Source of the DNA: Vicugna vicugna
Lineage: Eukaryota
Direction of reading: 5' to 3'
NCBI GenBank assembly: GCA_013265495.1
Contig: MU058557.1
Coordinates: 1 to 64,000, forward strand
Length of the DNA stretch: 64,000 nt
The notes beneath the pieces were generated by a model, which was not told the DNA's origin, did no database searches, and saw only the letters and a list, made by a program, of their open reading frames with translations. Made by a program: the position numbers and the translations under genes. Below are positions 25,299 to 36,079 of this stretch, piece after piece; the first letter of the stretch is position 1; each line of letters starts with the position of its first letter.

Positions 25299-28200
25299 GT
25301 GAGCCAGGGCTGGGCCGGCCCCTGAGACAGCGGGAGGGAGGAGGGGAGGGCTGGGTGGGAGGGGCAGGGAGGAGGGAATGGGGCTCCCATGCCACCACTT
25401 CTGGGAACACCCATCAGCGTGCTCGCGGCCCAGGCCAGGATATCGGGGCACAGGGCTCAGCGAGGCCTCTGCCCCCAGGGTGCTTCAAGGACTTCCCTGA
25501 GCCCTCCGTGAAGCTCTTCCACTCCTCCTGCAACCCCGACGGCGACACCCACACCACCATCCAGCTTCTGTGCCTCATCTCTGGCTACACGCCAGGCAGA
25601 ATCCAGGTCGCCTGGCTGGAGGACGGGCAGGCGGTCACAGACAGGTTCCCACAGACCGCCAATGACAGACCAGAAGGCAAGCTGGCCTCCACCCACAGCC
25701 AGCTCAACATCACGCAGGAGGAGTGGCTGTCCCAGAAAACCTACACCTGCCAGGTCACCTATAACGGCTTCACCTATGAAGACCATGCCCGCAAGTGCAC
25801 AGGTACTGCCCTCATGCACGCCGACACCCAGACACTTGGGGTTCAGAGCGGAGGGCGGACTCAGCCTCACACAGCCCCCTCCCGCACACTGCAGAGTCCG
25901 ACCCCCGCGGTGTGAGCGCCTACCTGATCCCGCCCACTCCCCTCGACCTGTACGTCCACAAGTCGCCCAAGATCACCTGCCTGGTGGTGGACCTGGCCAG
26001 AAAGGAAGGCATGAATCTGACCTGGTTTAGGGAGAACAGGGGTCCTGCACAGCCAGACTCACTCGTCATCAAGACCCAGTTCAACAAGACAGTCACTGCC
26101 ACATCCACCCTGTTGGTGGACGTCCAGGACTGGATTGAGGGCGAGACCTACTACTGCAAAGTGACCCACCCAGACCTGCCCAGGTCAATCCTGCGCTCCA
26201 TCTCCAAGGCCCCCGGTGAGCCATGGGCTGAGGGGAGGCAGGGCACTCCCCAGGGGAGCCTGGGCTGACCCACACCTGTCCACAGGCAAGCGTTTAGCCC
26301 CCGAGGTCTACGTGCTCTCGCCACGTAAGGAAGAGCGGGCAGCCAAGGACAAGCTCACCCTCACCTGCCTGGCCCAGAACTTCTTCCCTGAGGACATCTC
26401 CGTGCAGTGGCTGAGGAACAATGCCCTGATTCAGACGGACCAGCACAGCACCACGAAGCCCCACAAGGCCAACGGCCCTTCCCCCGCCTTCTTCGTCTAC
26501 AGCCGCCTGGTGGTCAGCCGGGCCGACTGGGAGCAGAAGAACAAGTTCACCTGCCGAGTGGTCCACGAGGCACTGCCCGGCTCCAGGACCCTCGAGAAAT
26601 CCGTGTCCAGTGACCTCGGTAAATGACGCCTGCCCACCTGCCCTCCCCCGCTCCCTCCCCAGCCCCCAGGGCTCCTTCCTCCTGCGATGGACCTTCTGTC
26701 CATCATCAATAAACACTCCAGTGCCTGCTAAGAGCCCCGGGCGTGCCCGTTCTTGGGGGTTGTGAGGTTGTGTGGCAGGGCGTCTTGGCACAGGGGAAGG
26801 ACACAGGGCCAGCGCAGGGCTGAGGCATGAATCTGGGCCCTCCCCGCCACCCCACTGTGGGTTTTGCCTGCTCAGAAGGGTCCTCCGAGGGAAGGGACCA
26901 CAGAGATCCCAGCCCCTACACTCCCAGGTCCAGCTGCACACACACACTTTGGGCAGAGAAATGGGCCAAGTCAGAACCCCGCACGGGCTCGTCCCTCACT
27001 CTCACCTCCTGGGCACAGACGGGCCAACCCCACAAAGGGGCCAGCACTAAGCTCACGCCCCTCTGAACCCCACATCAGGCAAGGGTTGGAACCCAGTGCC
27101 CTCACCTTGCTGCTCAGACTCACTCCACCCTGAATCGATCGACACACTGCCCGGCCCTCCACACACCCTCTGGCACCAGGGCTCCGCACCGCCCAAGTCA
27201 CGCAGCAACTCCAACAGCACCCTGGGCCGCACCTCACACATGCACACAAGTGGCCTTCCATGGCCCACCCTCTACCCAGGCCGCTCCCAAGCCCTTCCCT
27301 GTCACACCTGGGCCCTTGGGCCCACCAGTGGCCACACATGGTTTCCTCCGGTGGCCTCGATGACCCCTGGCTAACCCCTCCTTGTCAGCTGCACCCCACA
27401 GAGGGACACACAGACACACACTGACACACGTGAACTGAAACACATGGATGGATATACACAGACATGTATGGACAGACACACTGACACACGTGAGTGGATG
27501 TATATGGATATGTGTCGACACAGACACACGAGCACACGGACACACACAGACACACGCAGACACACACGAGATACGGATACACACACACGGGCAGATACAC
27601 AGACAGATACACACATGTACACACACGAGCACGCGGACACACATAGACAGATATACACACAGACATGCACACAGACACACATGGACAGATACACACATGG
27701 TCACACATGGACATACACACACAGACACACCTGAGCACACAGACACACACAAGCACATGGACACACATGGACACACATGCATTCCCTAGCACGCAGGTAT
27801 CCCCATATCCACGCAGAAGCAGAGCATGCACAGCCCACACCCTGAAGATGAGCCCAGAGCGGAGGTCGGGCTGGAGGAGGAGGGTCCTGACTCGAGGGCA
27901 GGTGCCAGGGGGCCAAGCAGCTGTGCGGCCAGAGTAGAGCTGGAGGGCAGCTCTGGGTCCCACAGCCTGGGCGGGATCCACACTTCTGGGCCCAGCCCTC
28001 AGGGCACCCACTGTGATGACCCAATGACCCAATGTCCATCCCAGGTCCACGCTCAGACCCCCCTCCTGAGGGCTCCAGGCAGGGTGGACAGCTGTGTGTG
28101 CTTAGGGGGGTCCCCAGGCTGGTGAGAGTGGAGCTGGGCAGCCACGGGCCATGTGAAGGACTGGAAGTGGGAGCTCTCAGACTGGGGGACCCCAGCCTGC

Positions 28201-28902
28201 CACGGGGCAGGGAGTCAGGGAGGGGCAGAGCCAGAGCTGAGGTGAGGGGCCTGTGGGGGCTGAATGGGGGTGATCAGCAGTCAGAAGAAAAGCTATCAGA
28301 AACAGTGGGAGCAAAAACACCAGCCACCTTGGGGACAGGGGACAGGAGAGGACGTGGGACCAGTGCCACCCCCACACAGCCACTCGCTGACTTGGGGGCT
28401 TCGAGCCCCCAGCCCTCCAGGGCTGGCCAGTGGCTCTGGGTGGGACAGGAGGGGCTGCCCAGGACCTGGGCATCAGAAACCAGGATGCAGGGCCCCAGTT
28501 CTCTCCACTTCCCAAGGGTGGCTAGGCCTGTCCTCCCCCATCGGACCCTGAGGCCAGGGAGGGCTGACCAGCCGGTGCCCACAGAGCTGGGCCTCGAGGA
28601 CATGTGTGCGGAGGAGGCGGGGAGCGAGGAGCTGGCTGCGACCTGGACCAGCCTCTCCATCTTCATCACCCTCTTCCTGCTCAGCGTGAGCTACGGCGCC
28701 ACCGTCACCCTCTGCAAGGTGGGTGCAGAGATGCCCTCTTCCAGGGTAGGGGGCAGCCCAGAGCGGGGAGGGCCCCACGCCCAGGGAAGAGCCCCTCTCA
28801 CATGTGCCCTCCTCCCAGGTGAAGTGGGTCTTGGCCACCATCCTGCAGGAGAAGCCCCAGGCCTTCCACGACTACACGAACATCGTGCGGCCAGCAGCCT
28901 AG
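25002..28902 (+). CDS. IGHE: Ig epsilon heavy-chain constant gene (CH1-CH4, CHS, M1, M2), apparently intact
   Basis: Four Ig C domains plus membrane exons, all with canonical splice sites and open frames. Confidence 0.95.
25479..25802 (+). CDS. IGHE: Epsilon CH2 exon
   Basis: [20 protein letters not shown]...EDHARKCT; cccag| and |gtactg. Confidence 0.95.
25895..26215 (+). CDS. IGHE: Epsilon CH3 exon
   Basis: [20 protein letters not shown]...QFNKT...ISKAP; ctgcag| and |gtgagc. Confidence 0.95.
26286..26626 (+). CDS. IGHE: Epsilon CH4-CHS exon
   Basis: [10 protein letters not shown]...[22 protein letters not shown]; membrane donor at 26618/26619. Confidence 0.95.
26708..26713 (+). terminator. 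Secreted epsilon polyadenylation signal
   Basis: AATAAA ~80 nt after the stop. Confidence 0.8.
27405..27780. repeat. CA/GA-rich low-complexity repeat in the epsilon CH4-M1 intron
   Basis: acacacagac/acacatgg units. Confidence 0.85.
28585..28718 (+). CDS. IGHE: Epsilon membrane exon M1 (short form)
   Basis: [45 protein letters not shown]; cccacag| and |gtgggt. Confidence 0.93.
28819..28902 (+). CDS. IGHE: Epsilon membrane exon M2
   Basis: [27 protein letters not shown]. Confidence 0.93.
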   Translation: MKWVLATILQEKPQAFHDYTNIVRPAA

Positions 28903-29652
28903 GCCTGGGGATCAGGCGCACGGTCCCCTTTCTCCCCCCTCAGGTGTGACCTGCCCTGAGCGGGAGGAAGAAACAGGCAGACCTCCAAGGGGCCAGAGCC
29001 AGGGACCCGACGACAGCACATGGGCGTCCAGACGTTCTAGCTCAGCCCCAAGGTCCAAGGTCCAAGGTGCCAAGGGGGCCGGCCCGTCACAGCCCCACGC
29101 CCACCCACTTTGGGACAAGTCCCAGGGAGCATCTGTCCCCTCCACAGAGAGACCTGGGCTGGGCTGGGCATGGTCCCGACCATCCTGGGCTCCTCAGGCC
29201 CCCCCATTCTGAGTGGACAACCCCTAAAACACAGTGAGGGCCTGGCCAAGCTCAGAGGCCAGAGCCAAACCTAGGACTCAGTCCCAGTCCAGCCCAATCC
29301 AGTGTCCAAGTCCAGCCCAGAGTCCCAGTCCGGCCAACCCAATCCAGACCTCACTTCCCAGGCTCGGTCCGACCCGCCCTGTGCCCAGGTCCACGTGCCC
29401 TGGCCCCATGCCCAGCCCTCGTCCTGTGCTCAGCCTTCCTGCTGGCCACCCCTGCCTCCAGGCCTGCAGAAGAAGGAAGGCAGAGAAGCCTTTCTGGGGA
29501 GAGGCCATGGGACTGTTTGGGGCTGTGGGCAGAGCCCCTGGGGTGGGAGGACCTTCCCATGGGAACCACACAGAAATCAGCTCAGCCCAGCAGCCCCCGC
29601 CCCTACCCCCACCACGGTGGCCTCGTGCGGCCTCTCTCTTCTCACTTTTCTT

Positions 29653-29658
29653 AGTAAA
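29653..29658 (+). terminator. Probable non-canonical membrane-epsilon poly(A) signal AGTAAA
   Basis: AGTAAA in a U-rich context ~750 nt after M2; I saw no AATAAA between M2 and this site. Confidence 0.55.
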
Positions 29659-30590
29659 GTTCTATTTCACAAATCCCATGCCACCTGAGCGAAATCCACC
29701 TGTGGTCCCATGTGGTGGGGGGGCCCCTACCCCTAGGATGCGAACAAAGGGCCAGAGGGAAGGGGTCAGAGTGCAGCTCTGGGGCCCTGAAGGCCCAAGG
29801 GTCCAGCCAGACACTGCCTCAAGCGTCTTTCAATGACCACAGAGACCCCCGGCTCAGTCTTCCTCACACCTGCACGCCTGGCCCCCAGCACAGACTCGCT
29901 GCCCCTCCCCCCAAAAAGCGCAGGAGGCCACGGGAGCACAGCTGCACAGGCCCCAGGGCGGGGCTCCGCACCAGCCTCCTGCACCCAGTCCCTGCCCCAG
30001 TCCGTCCGTCCGCTGAGCTCACGCAGACGAGCCAGTCCTTGGGCCCCGTCCTGCCAGCCAGCCCGCCGAGTCGTCCCGATGAGCAGAGTGAGACACGTGA
30101 ACAAGCAAGAGCTATCTGGGGCTGGCCACACCGGCCTCAGGAAGAAAGGTTTTCAATAATCAGAAAAGATACAACCCGGAGGAAATGAGGGCTGGTGACC
30201 CTCGACCCTTTCGAGGCTGTGTGAGCTGCGAAGACCAGTCTTCAGGGCCCTTTGGCCTGGCTCCCAGCACACAAAGCCCAGACCATTCCGACCGGGTGTC
30301 CCACCCACGGCCAAGAGCCTTCTGAGAGCCGTGATCTGCGCGGGCAGACCTGGCCTTCCACGGACCCTGAACAGACTCTGCAGCCTGCGGAAACCCGGGC
30401 CTGGGCTACTCTGAGGCTTGTCCAGAGACACTGAGGGTTCGGTTTAAATAGAACATCAGAGCGGTAGGCAGGCCCCTCAGGACAAGGCCGAGGCCGCAGC
30501 CCTGCCCTGCACTCCTCACACTCACACTCCCGCAGACACACACGTGCACACACTCACACGCGGTCTCAGGAAACCAGGCGCAAGTCCAGC

Positions 30591-31111
30591 TGTTAGAGTC
30601 CAAACTCGCTCTGCTCGCCACGCGGCAGGCCAGCAAACCGGGAGACGAGGTGCTGTGGCAAGGAATCGCGACTTTACTCAGAAAGCCGGCAGACTGAGAG
30701 GGTGGCAGGCGAATGCCTTGGAGAACCACCCTGTTCCAGTCAGAATACAGGCTCCTTCTATACAAAAAAAATGGGAGGGGGTGTGGTTGGTTGAGCAAAC
30801 TTCTTGCTGCAGGAATTCTTTGTCCTTGCAGCTGTCCACGTGGGCCAGGCCGTGGTGTCCCTGTAAACCTCCAACAAGACAAAGGTTATTCTCTATTTCG
30901 CAACTTGCCATCTCCACATAAGTGCAGAAGGGCTAACATCCTTCAAGGTCAGAGCCCCGAGAATAGGCTCTCCTGTCTATTTCAGGCTAAAGGCAACACT
31001 GTTTTACAAAAGGTGCAGAGCCAGCAGGACTAAGCCTAGAGAACAGAGCACAGTGGTTAGAACTAAAGGAACAGATCCAATACGGAGCCAGATTTGTTTT
31101 CCTCTGTTACA
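30591..31111 (-). mobile_element. ERV1-type solo LTR
   Basis: TGTTA...TTACA ends; near-TSD CAGC/CACC; resembles a recalled ungulate LTR (ctcgctctgctcgcc...gagacgaggtg...gcaaggaat..cgacttta). Confidence 0.6.
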
Positions 31112-31547
31112 CACCCCCACCCCGCACCACTTTCCCAAGCCGAGGCCCAGGTGCCCTCCCCCATCTCCTGAGCTGGGAGCCCCCCAGGGCTAAGCCGAGG
31201 GTCTTCCTTCTCTGACTTGCCCCCTAGATCAGGAGACCCCCCCAGAACGGACCCAGAATGAGGGTGACAAGGGCTCAGCTCACATGGGCCCCTGAGAGCT
31301 GGGCACTGCTACACACGGGTGACATGCACCTCCCCCAAGCCGGGAGGAGGGCTGCAGCCGCCCCGTCTGGAGGGGCCAGCAGAAGTGGGGGCACCGGCCC
31401 AAGAGCAGGGCCGTAGGGAAGGCAGGAGGACCATGACACCCCGCCAGCTGGCCCCCCACCCAATGACCCCACTGCACGCGCCCTCCCTGCAGCAAGACGC
31501 TGCTGTCTCAGGGTCCCCCAGCCCTCTCTCCCTCCTCCATTAGCCCC

Positions 31548-31925
31548 TATAGTGGGCTGAATGGCGCCTTCCAAAGGCTGTGTCCATGTGCTCAGCCCTG
31601 CAACCCGTGAATGTGACCTTATCAAAGGGTCTTTGCAGACGTGATCAAGATTAAGGATCTCAGGACAAGATTGTCCAGGTGGGCCCGACATCCAGTGAGA
31701 AGTGTCCTCATGAGGCGCAGACGCAGAGCAGGAGGTCGTGTGAGGACGGAGGCAGAGACGGGGGTGATGCCAGAGAAGCCGGGCCCCCGGGGGGAGCTCA
31801 GCTCTGCCACACCTTGATTTCAGGCGCCTGGACCAAAAAGGAGAAGATGAATGAGACTGAGTTTCTGTTGTCCTAACACACTCAGTGCGTGGTCCGCTGT
31901 CGGGCAGCCCCAGGACGCTCATGCG
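31548..31925 (+). mobile_element. MLT1 solo LTR
   Basis: gtgaatgtgaccttat...gggtctttgcagacgtgatcaag...cacaccttgattt...tttctgttg. Confidence 0.7.
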
Positions 31926-33544
31926 CCCAGCCAGCAGGCCTTGGCCAAGCGGGGCCCCTCCTCCTTCCAGAGAAGCGCAGGGAGGACTTGTCTGGGCTCT
32001 TTCCCTCCCAACTGGACCCTTGCGCTTGGCAAGTCCCTGACGCACGGAGGCGCCCGGTCGGTCTTGACAAAGAGCACACTCGGGCTCAGGCCTTCCCCCA
32101 GCTGCTGGGGCCCTCAGGTCACGCAAAACCCCAAGATAAGAGTATTGCACTGTATTAAGTAGCCTGTCACACACACTTAAATATTAACCTACGTGAGTTA
32201 CTTGTATCTGCTAGTGAAAGTCTTTACGTAGCTAAAATGTGATTAGTAATATTGGAGACAAAGCCCTGAAAAATTAGAAATAAAAGATGTCATCAGATGA
32301 GCAACCTCTACTCTGTTTAGAGTTCATGGTCATTACCTACATTTTCTAGGCCACCCCAAGTCCACAGGGACATTCTTCTTTCTGCCCTGAGTTCCGCAGC
32401 CTCTGTGCCCACGGTGGGGCCGTGCTGCCCGGGGTGACAGACGGCTGAGGGGAGCCAGGAGGCTGTGAGGAGGGCAGCCCCCCAACTCCGCCACCTCCCC
32501 CACCACCCTCTTCTGTTTCCTCCACAGCAGGCCAGTCTGTTCCTCCTGTTCCCTCAGGGGCGGCTTTGGGGAACAGACTGGGGTTTCAGATCCCCAGAGA
32601 GTTCAGGGCCCAGGCACTCTCTGGCCAGCAAGAAGTCAGATCCTCAGGGCCATGCATGCACCACGCAGGCACTGCTGGTGCTCACGAGGGCGTAGGGTGG
32701 GCCAGAGCCCGCAGCCTGGGAGATGTCGCTCGTGGGTGACGCTACGGGCATCCCAGTGTTCATGAGAAAACCCCAGAGGCCCCTTGACCAGGCCCGGGTG
32801 TGTCTGACCACTCAGCACCATCCAGGCTTCCCACCTCCATGCATCTCCCTACTCCCACCTCACCTGCCCTAACCCCCATCCGGAGCCCACCCCATCCCCA
32901 GGACACTGCCAATCTCCTCCACCACCCAGTGTCCCTGCTGGCCTGCAGCTCTCCCCCTGACAGTGTCCTTCCCAGGAGGGACGGTTGATCCCTGTGTGTG
33001 GCTCCAGGACCTTGTGTGTGTGAAGAAATGAATGAACAAATCAGGCCCGACTGCCCTGTGTGTGCCCAGGTAGAGCAACCTCCTGAGCGGCATGAGGGCG
33101 GGCCAGGCAGGGTGCACATGTGCAGAGAGTGGGGGCAGACAGGCTCCCAGCAGGGGTGCCCCATGCCCCACTCCAGCTCCAGTTGAGGGCCAGCTCCTCG
33201 TGGGGCTGGCCGAGGACGGGCAGCCGCTGGCCAAGGCCAGGCTGGAGAGTCTCCCCACCTGAAGGTCTACAAGGCCTGCTTGCTGGGGTCTCTCTGCCCA
33301 GCCTGCCCCTCAGAGCCCCTGCAGCCTCCCCTCTGCCTTCCCTCCACCTCACCTCTGGGACCGTTTCTACTCTGAGGACCCGGAGCCCCTGACGGTGCCT
33401 ACTTCGGCCTCGGTGTCCCTGTACCTCAGCCCCCAGCCCAGCCCTGTGGGCAGTCACACGGAGTCACGACCCCTTCACAGCACCCAGCCCTGCACCCAGG
33501 TGGTCTCAGGCCAGGTCCAGGTTCCCAGAGGTCACACAGCCCAG

Positions 33545-33635
33545 GCCACACACACCTGGCCCACCACAGCCAGACCACAGACCAGACATGACGTGGAGGC
33601 GAGCAGCCGCAACCGGCGGGACAGGAAGTGAGTGA
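33545..33635 (+). promoter_or_regulatory. I-alpha germline promoter (TGF-beta responsive element)
   Basis: RUNX ACCACA (33563, 33574); Smad CAGAC x3 (33571, 33578, 33583); CRE TGACGT (33589); Ets GGAAGTG (33624). Confidence 0.9.
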
Positions 33636-34084
33636 GTGACCCTGTCCGGGGGCCAGACACAGTCATGCAGCCCCTCCCCAGCCGGCCCCTCACAGCATCA
33701 GCCACCCCTGACAGTGCGCAAGTGGCACAGAGCGGGGCAGGGGTCTGCTGAGACCACACGGCCATCAGGCAGAGCCTGGACGAGGTCTGGGCCTCTCTCC
33801 ACACCCCAGCTCCACTGGGGCAGTGGGCAGATGGCCTGCAGCCTGGGATCCCATGGCCAAGGGGGGGCCTGGGCCTCTCCCAGCCACGTTGGACCCCCTG
33901 GCAGCCTTGAGCAGGTGGGTCCCAGAGGCTGTTCAGGCCTCATCTCCTCCTCAGCCAGGCCACATTGGGCTCTCCTGGGGTGGGAGGGTGGAGGGCAGGC
34001 ACCAAAAGAGAGAAGAGAGGGAGAGAGGAAGGCCACCACCGACCCTAGACCACAGAGCGAGATGCTGTGCCCAGCAGGGCCAAG

Positions 34085-34870
34085 CTAGGCTACTGTGGCC
34101 TGATCTGGAATGAACTGGGCTGAAGTGGGCTGAACTGAGCCAGACTGAACTGGGTTAAACTGGGCTGAGCTGGGCTGAGCCAGGCAGAACTGGGCTAAAG
34201 TAGGCTGAAATGGGTTGAGCTGGGATAAGCTGGTCTGAACTGGGCTGAACGGGGCTGAGCTGGTCTGAATTGGGCTCAATGGGGCTAAGATGGGCTGAGC
34301 TGGGCTGAGCTGGGCTGAGCTGGGCTGAGCTGGGCTCAACTGGGCTGAGCTGGACTGAACTGGGCTCAACTGGGCTGAGCTGGGCTGAGCTGGGCTGAGC
34401 TGGGCTGAGCTGGGCTGAACTGGGCTCAACGGGGCTAAATGGGGCTAAGCTGGTCTGAGCTGGGCTAAACTGAGTTGAGCTGGGCTGTGCTGAGCTGGGC
34501 TGAGCTGGGCTCAACTAGGCTGAGCTGGACTGAACTGGGCTCAACTGGGCTGAGCTGCGCTGGGCTGAGCTGAGCTGAGCTGAGCTGAGCTGGGCTGGGC
34601 AGGCCAGAGCTGGGCTGAGCTGGGCTGAACTGAGCTGTGCTGGTCTGAGCTGGGCTGAGCTGGGCTGAGCTGGGCTGAACTGAGCTGAGCTGAGCTTGGT
34701 TGAGCTGGGCTGGGCTGGGCTGGGCTGGACTGAGCTGAGCTGAGCTGGGCTGGGCTGGGATGAGCTGGGCTGGGCTGAGCTGGGCTGGGCTGGTCTGAGC
34801 TGGGCTGAGCTGGGCTGAGCTAGGCTGAACTGAGCTGAGCTGGGCGAGTGAAACTGAGGTGGGCTGGGCT
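34085..34870 (+). repeat. Alpha switch region (S-alpha)
   Basis: Tandem TGAGC/TGGGC pentamers between I-alpha and C-alpha. Confidence 0.92.
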
Positions 34871-35773
34871 GGTGCCTGAGGCCAACAGGAGGCGGTGTGT
34901 TGAGTGTGGATCATCCGCAGAGCCCTGTCTCCAGCCTGACAGCCCCTTGCATTGCTTGGAGGCACATGAGGGCCATGCAGCCTCGGGGTGACTCTGTGAT
35001 GCTTCCCTTCCCTTCACCAGTTGCCCTGAGGGGATTTGCAAAAGGACGGTGGGCAGACCCTGCCCTCTGTAGCCCGGCCTACCCAGAGGGGCATCTCAGA
35101 AGGACTGAATTGGAACTGGGCTTCGGGCCTCGAGACCCCCATAGCCCGTGGGAGTCAACTGCTAGTTTCGGAGGATGGGGGTGGAATTAGTAGAGTGGGG
35201 GTTGGTTGGACTGGGACAAGGACTGGGGGCCCGGGAAGTGGGAGAGGGGACACCAGAGGCCTAAGCTCCCTCTCCTCCCCAGTGTGAGCCCCAGGACAGC
35301 CGAACTGGTCTCTGCAGAGCCAGCTTCAAGCGCAGGCGGCTCTGTCTTGTAGCTGCCCTCTCTCCTGGCCACATTCCCTGCGGGAGGAGGGCCTGGTTGT
35401 GCCCACTGCACAGAGGGGTGCTGAGGCTCCAATGGTGCCCACAGGCTCAGCTGCTCAGTGGGAGAGCTGTGTTTAATAACTCCCAGCTGGGGGCAGCCTG
35501 CGCCAGAGGCCTTGTCCGAGGCGCCCGTGGGGATCCACATGCTAAGAGCCCTGTGGAGTGTATTTAGAAATGGTGGAGCTGGACTCAGGTGGCCACTCCT
35601 GAGCCCAGCTGCACCACGTCCAAGCTGTGTGACCTTGGGGCATTCACTAACCCTCTCTGTGCCAGTTTCCTCCAATGTAAAGGAAAGGCAGGCATCGTCC
35701 TATCCTCATAGGGCTGTCTCAGGGGTCCCGTCAGCACGAGGGCCACCACCTTACAGGGCACCCTGTGTTTCAG

Positions 35774-36079
35774 AGCCTGCAACCAGCCCCAGCGTCTTCC
35801 CGCTGGGCCCCAGCTATGACAAGGCATCCAGGCAGGTGGTCCTTGCCTGCCTGGTCCACGGCTTCTTCCCACCGGCGCCCCTGAAGGTGACATGGGGCCT
35901 CAGTGGCCAGAACGTGTCCGTCATGGACTTCCCCACCGTGCAGCCTGCCTCCGGGGTCCTGTACACCATGAGCAGCCAGCTGACCACGCCAGTTGAGCAG
36001 TGCCCAGACAGCGAGATCGTGACATGCCAAGTGCAGCACCTCTCCAGCTCCAGCCAGACAGTGAACGTGCCCTGCAGAG
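35774..36079 (+). CDS. IGHA: Alpha CH1 exon
   Basis: [17 protein letters not shown]...TVNVPCR; tttcag| and |gtcaga. Confidence 0.94.

Noticed and set aside
34085..34965. AQPSS/AQLSP repeat proteins on the minus strand
   Set aside because: Translation of S-alpha pentamer repeats.
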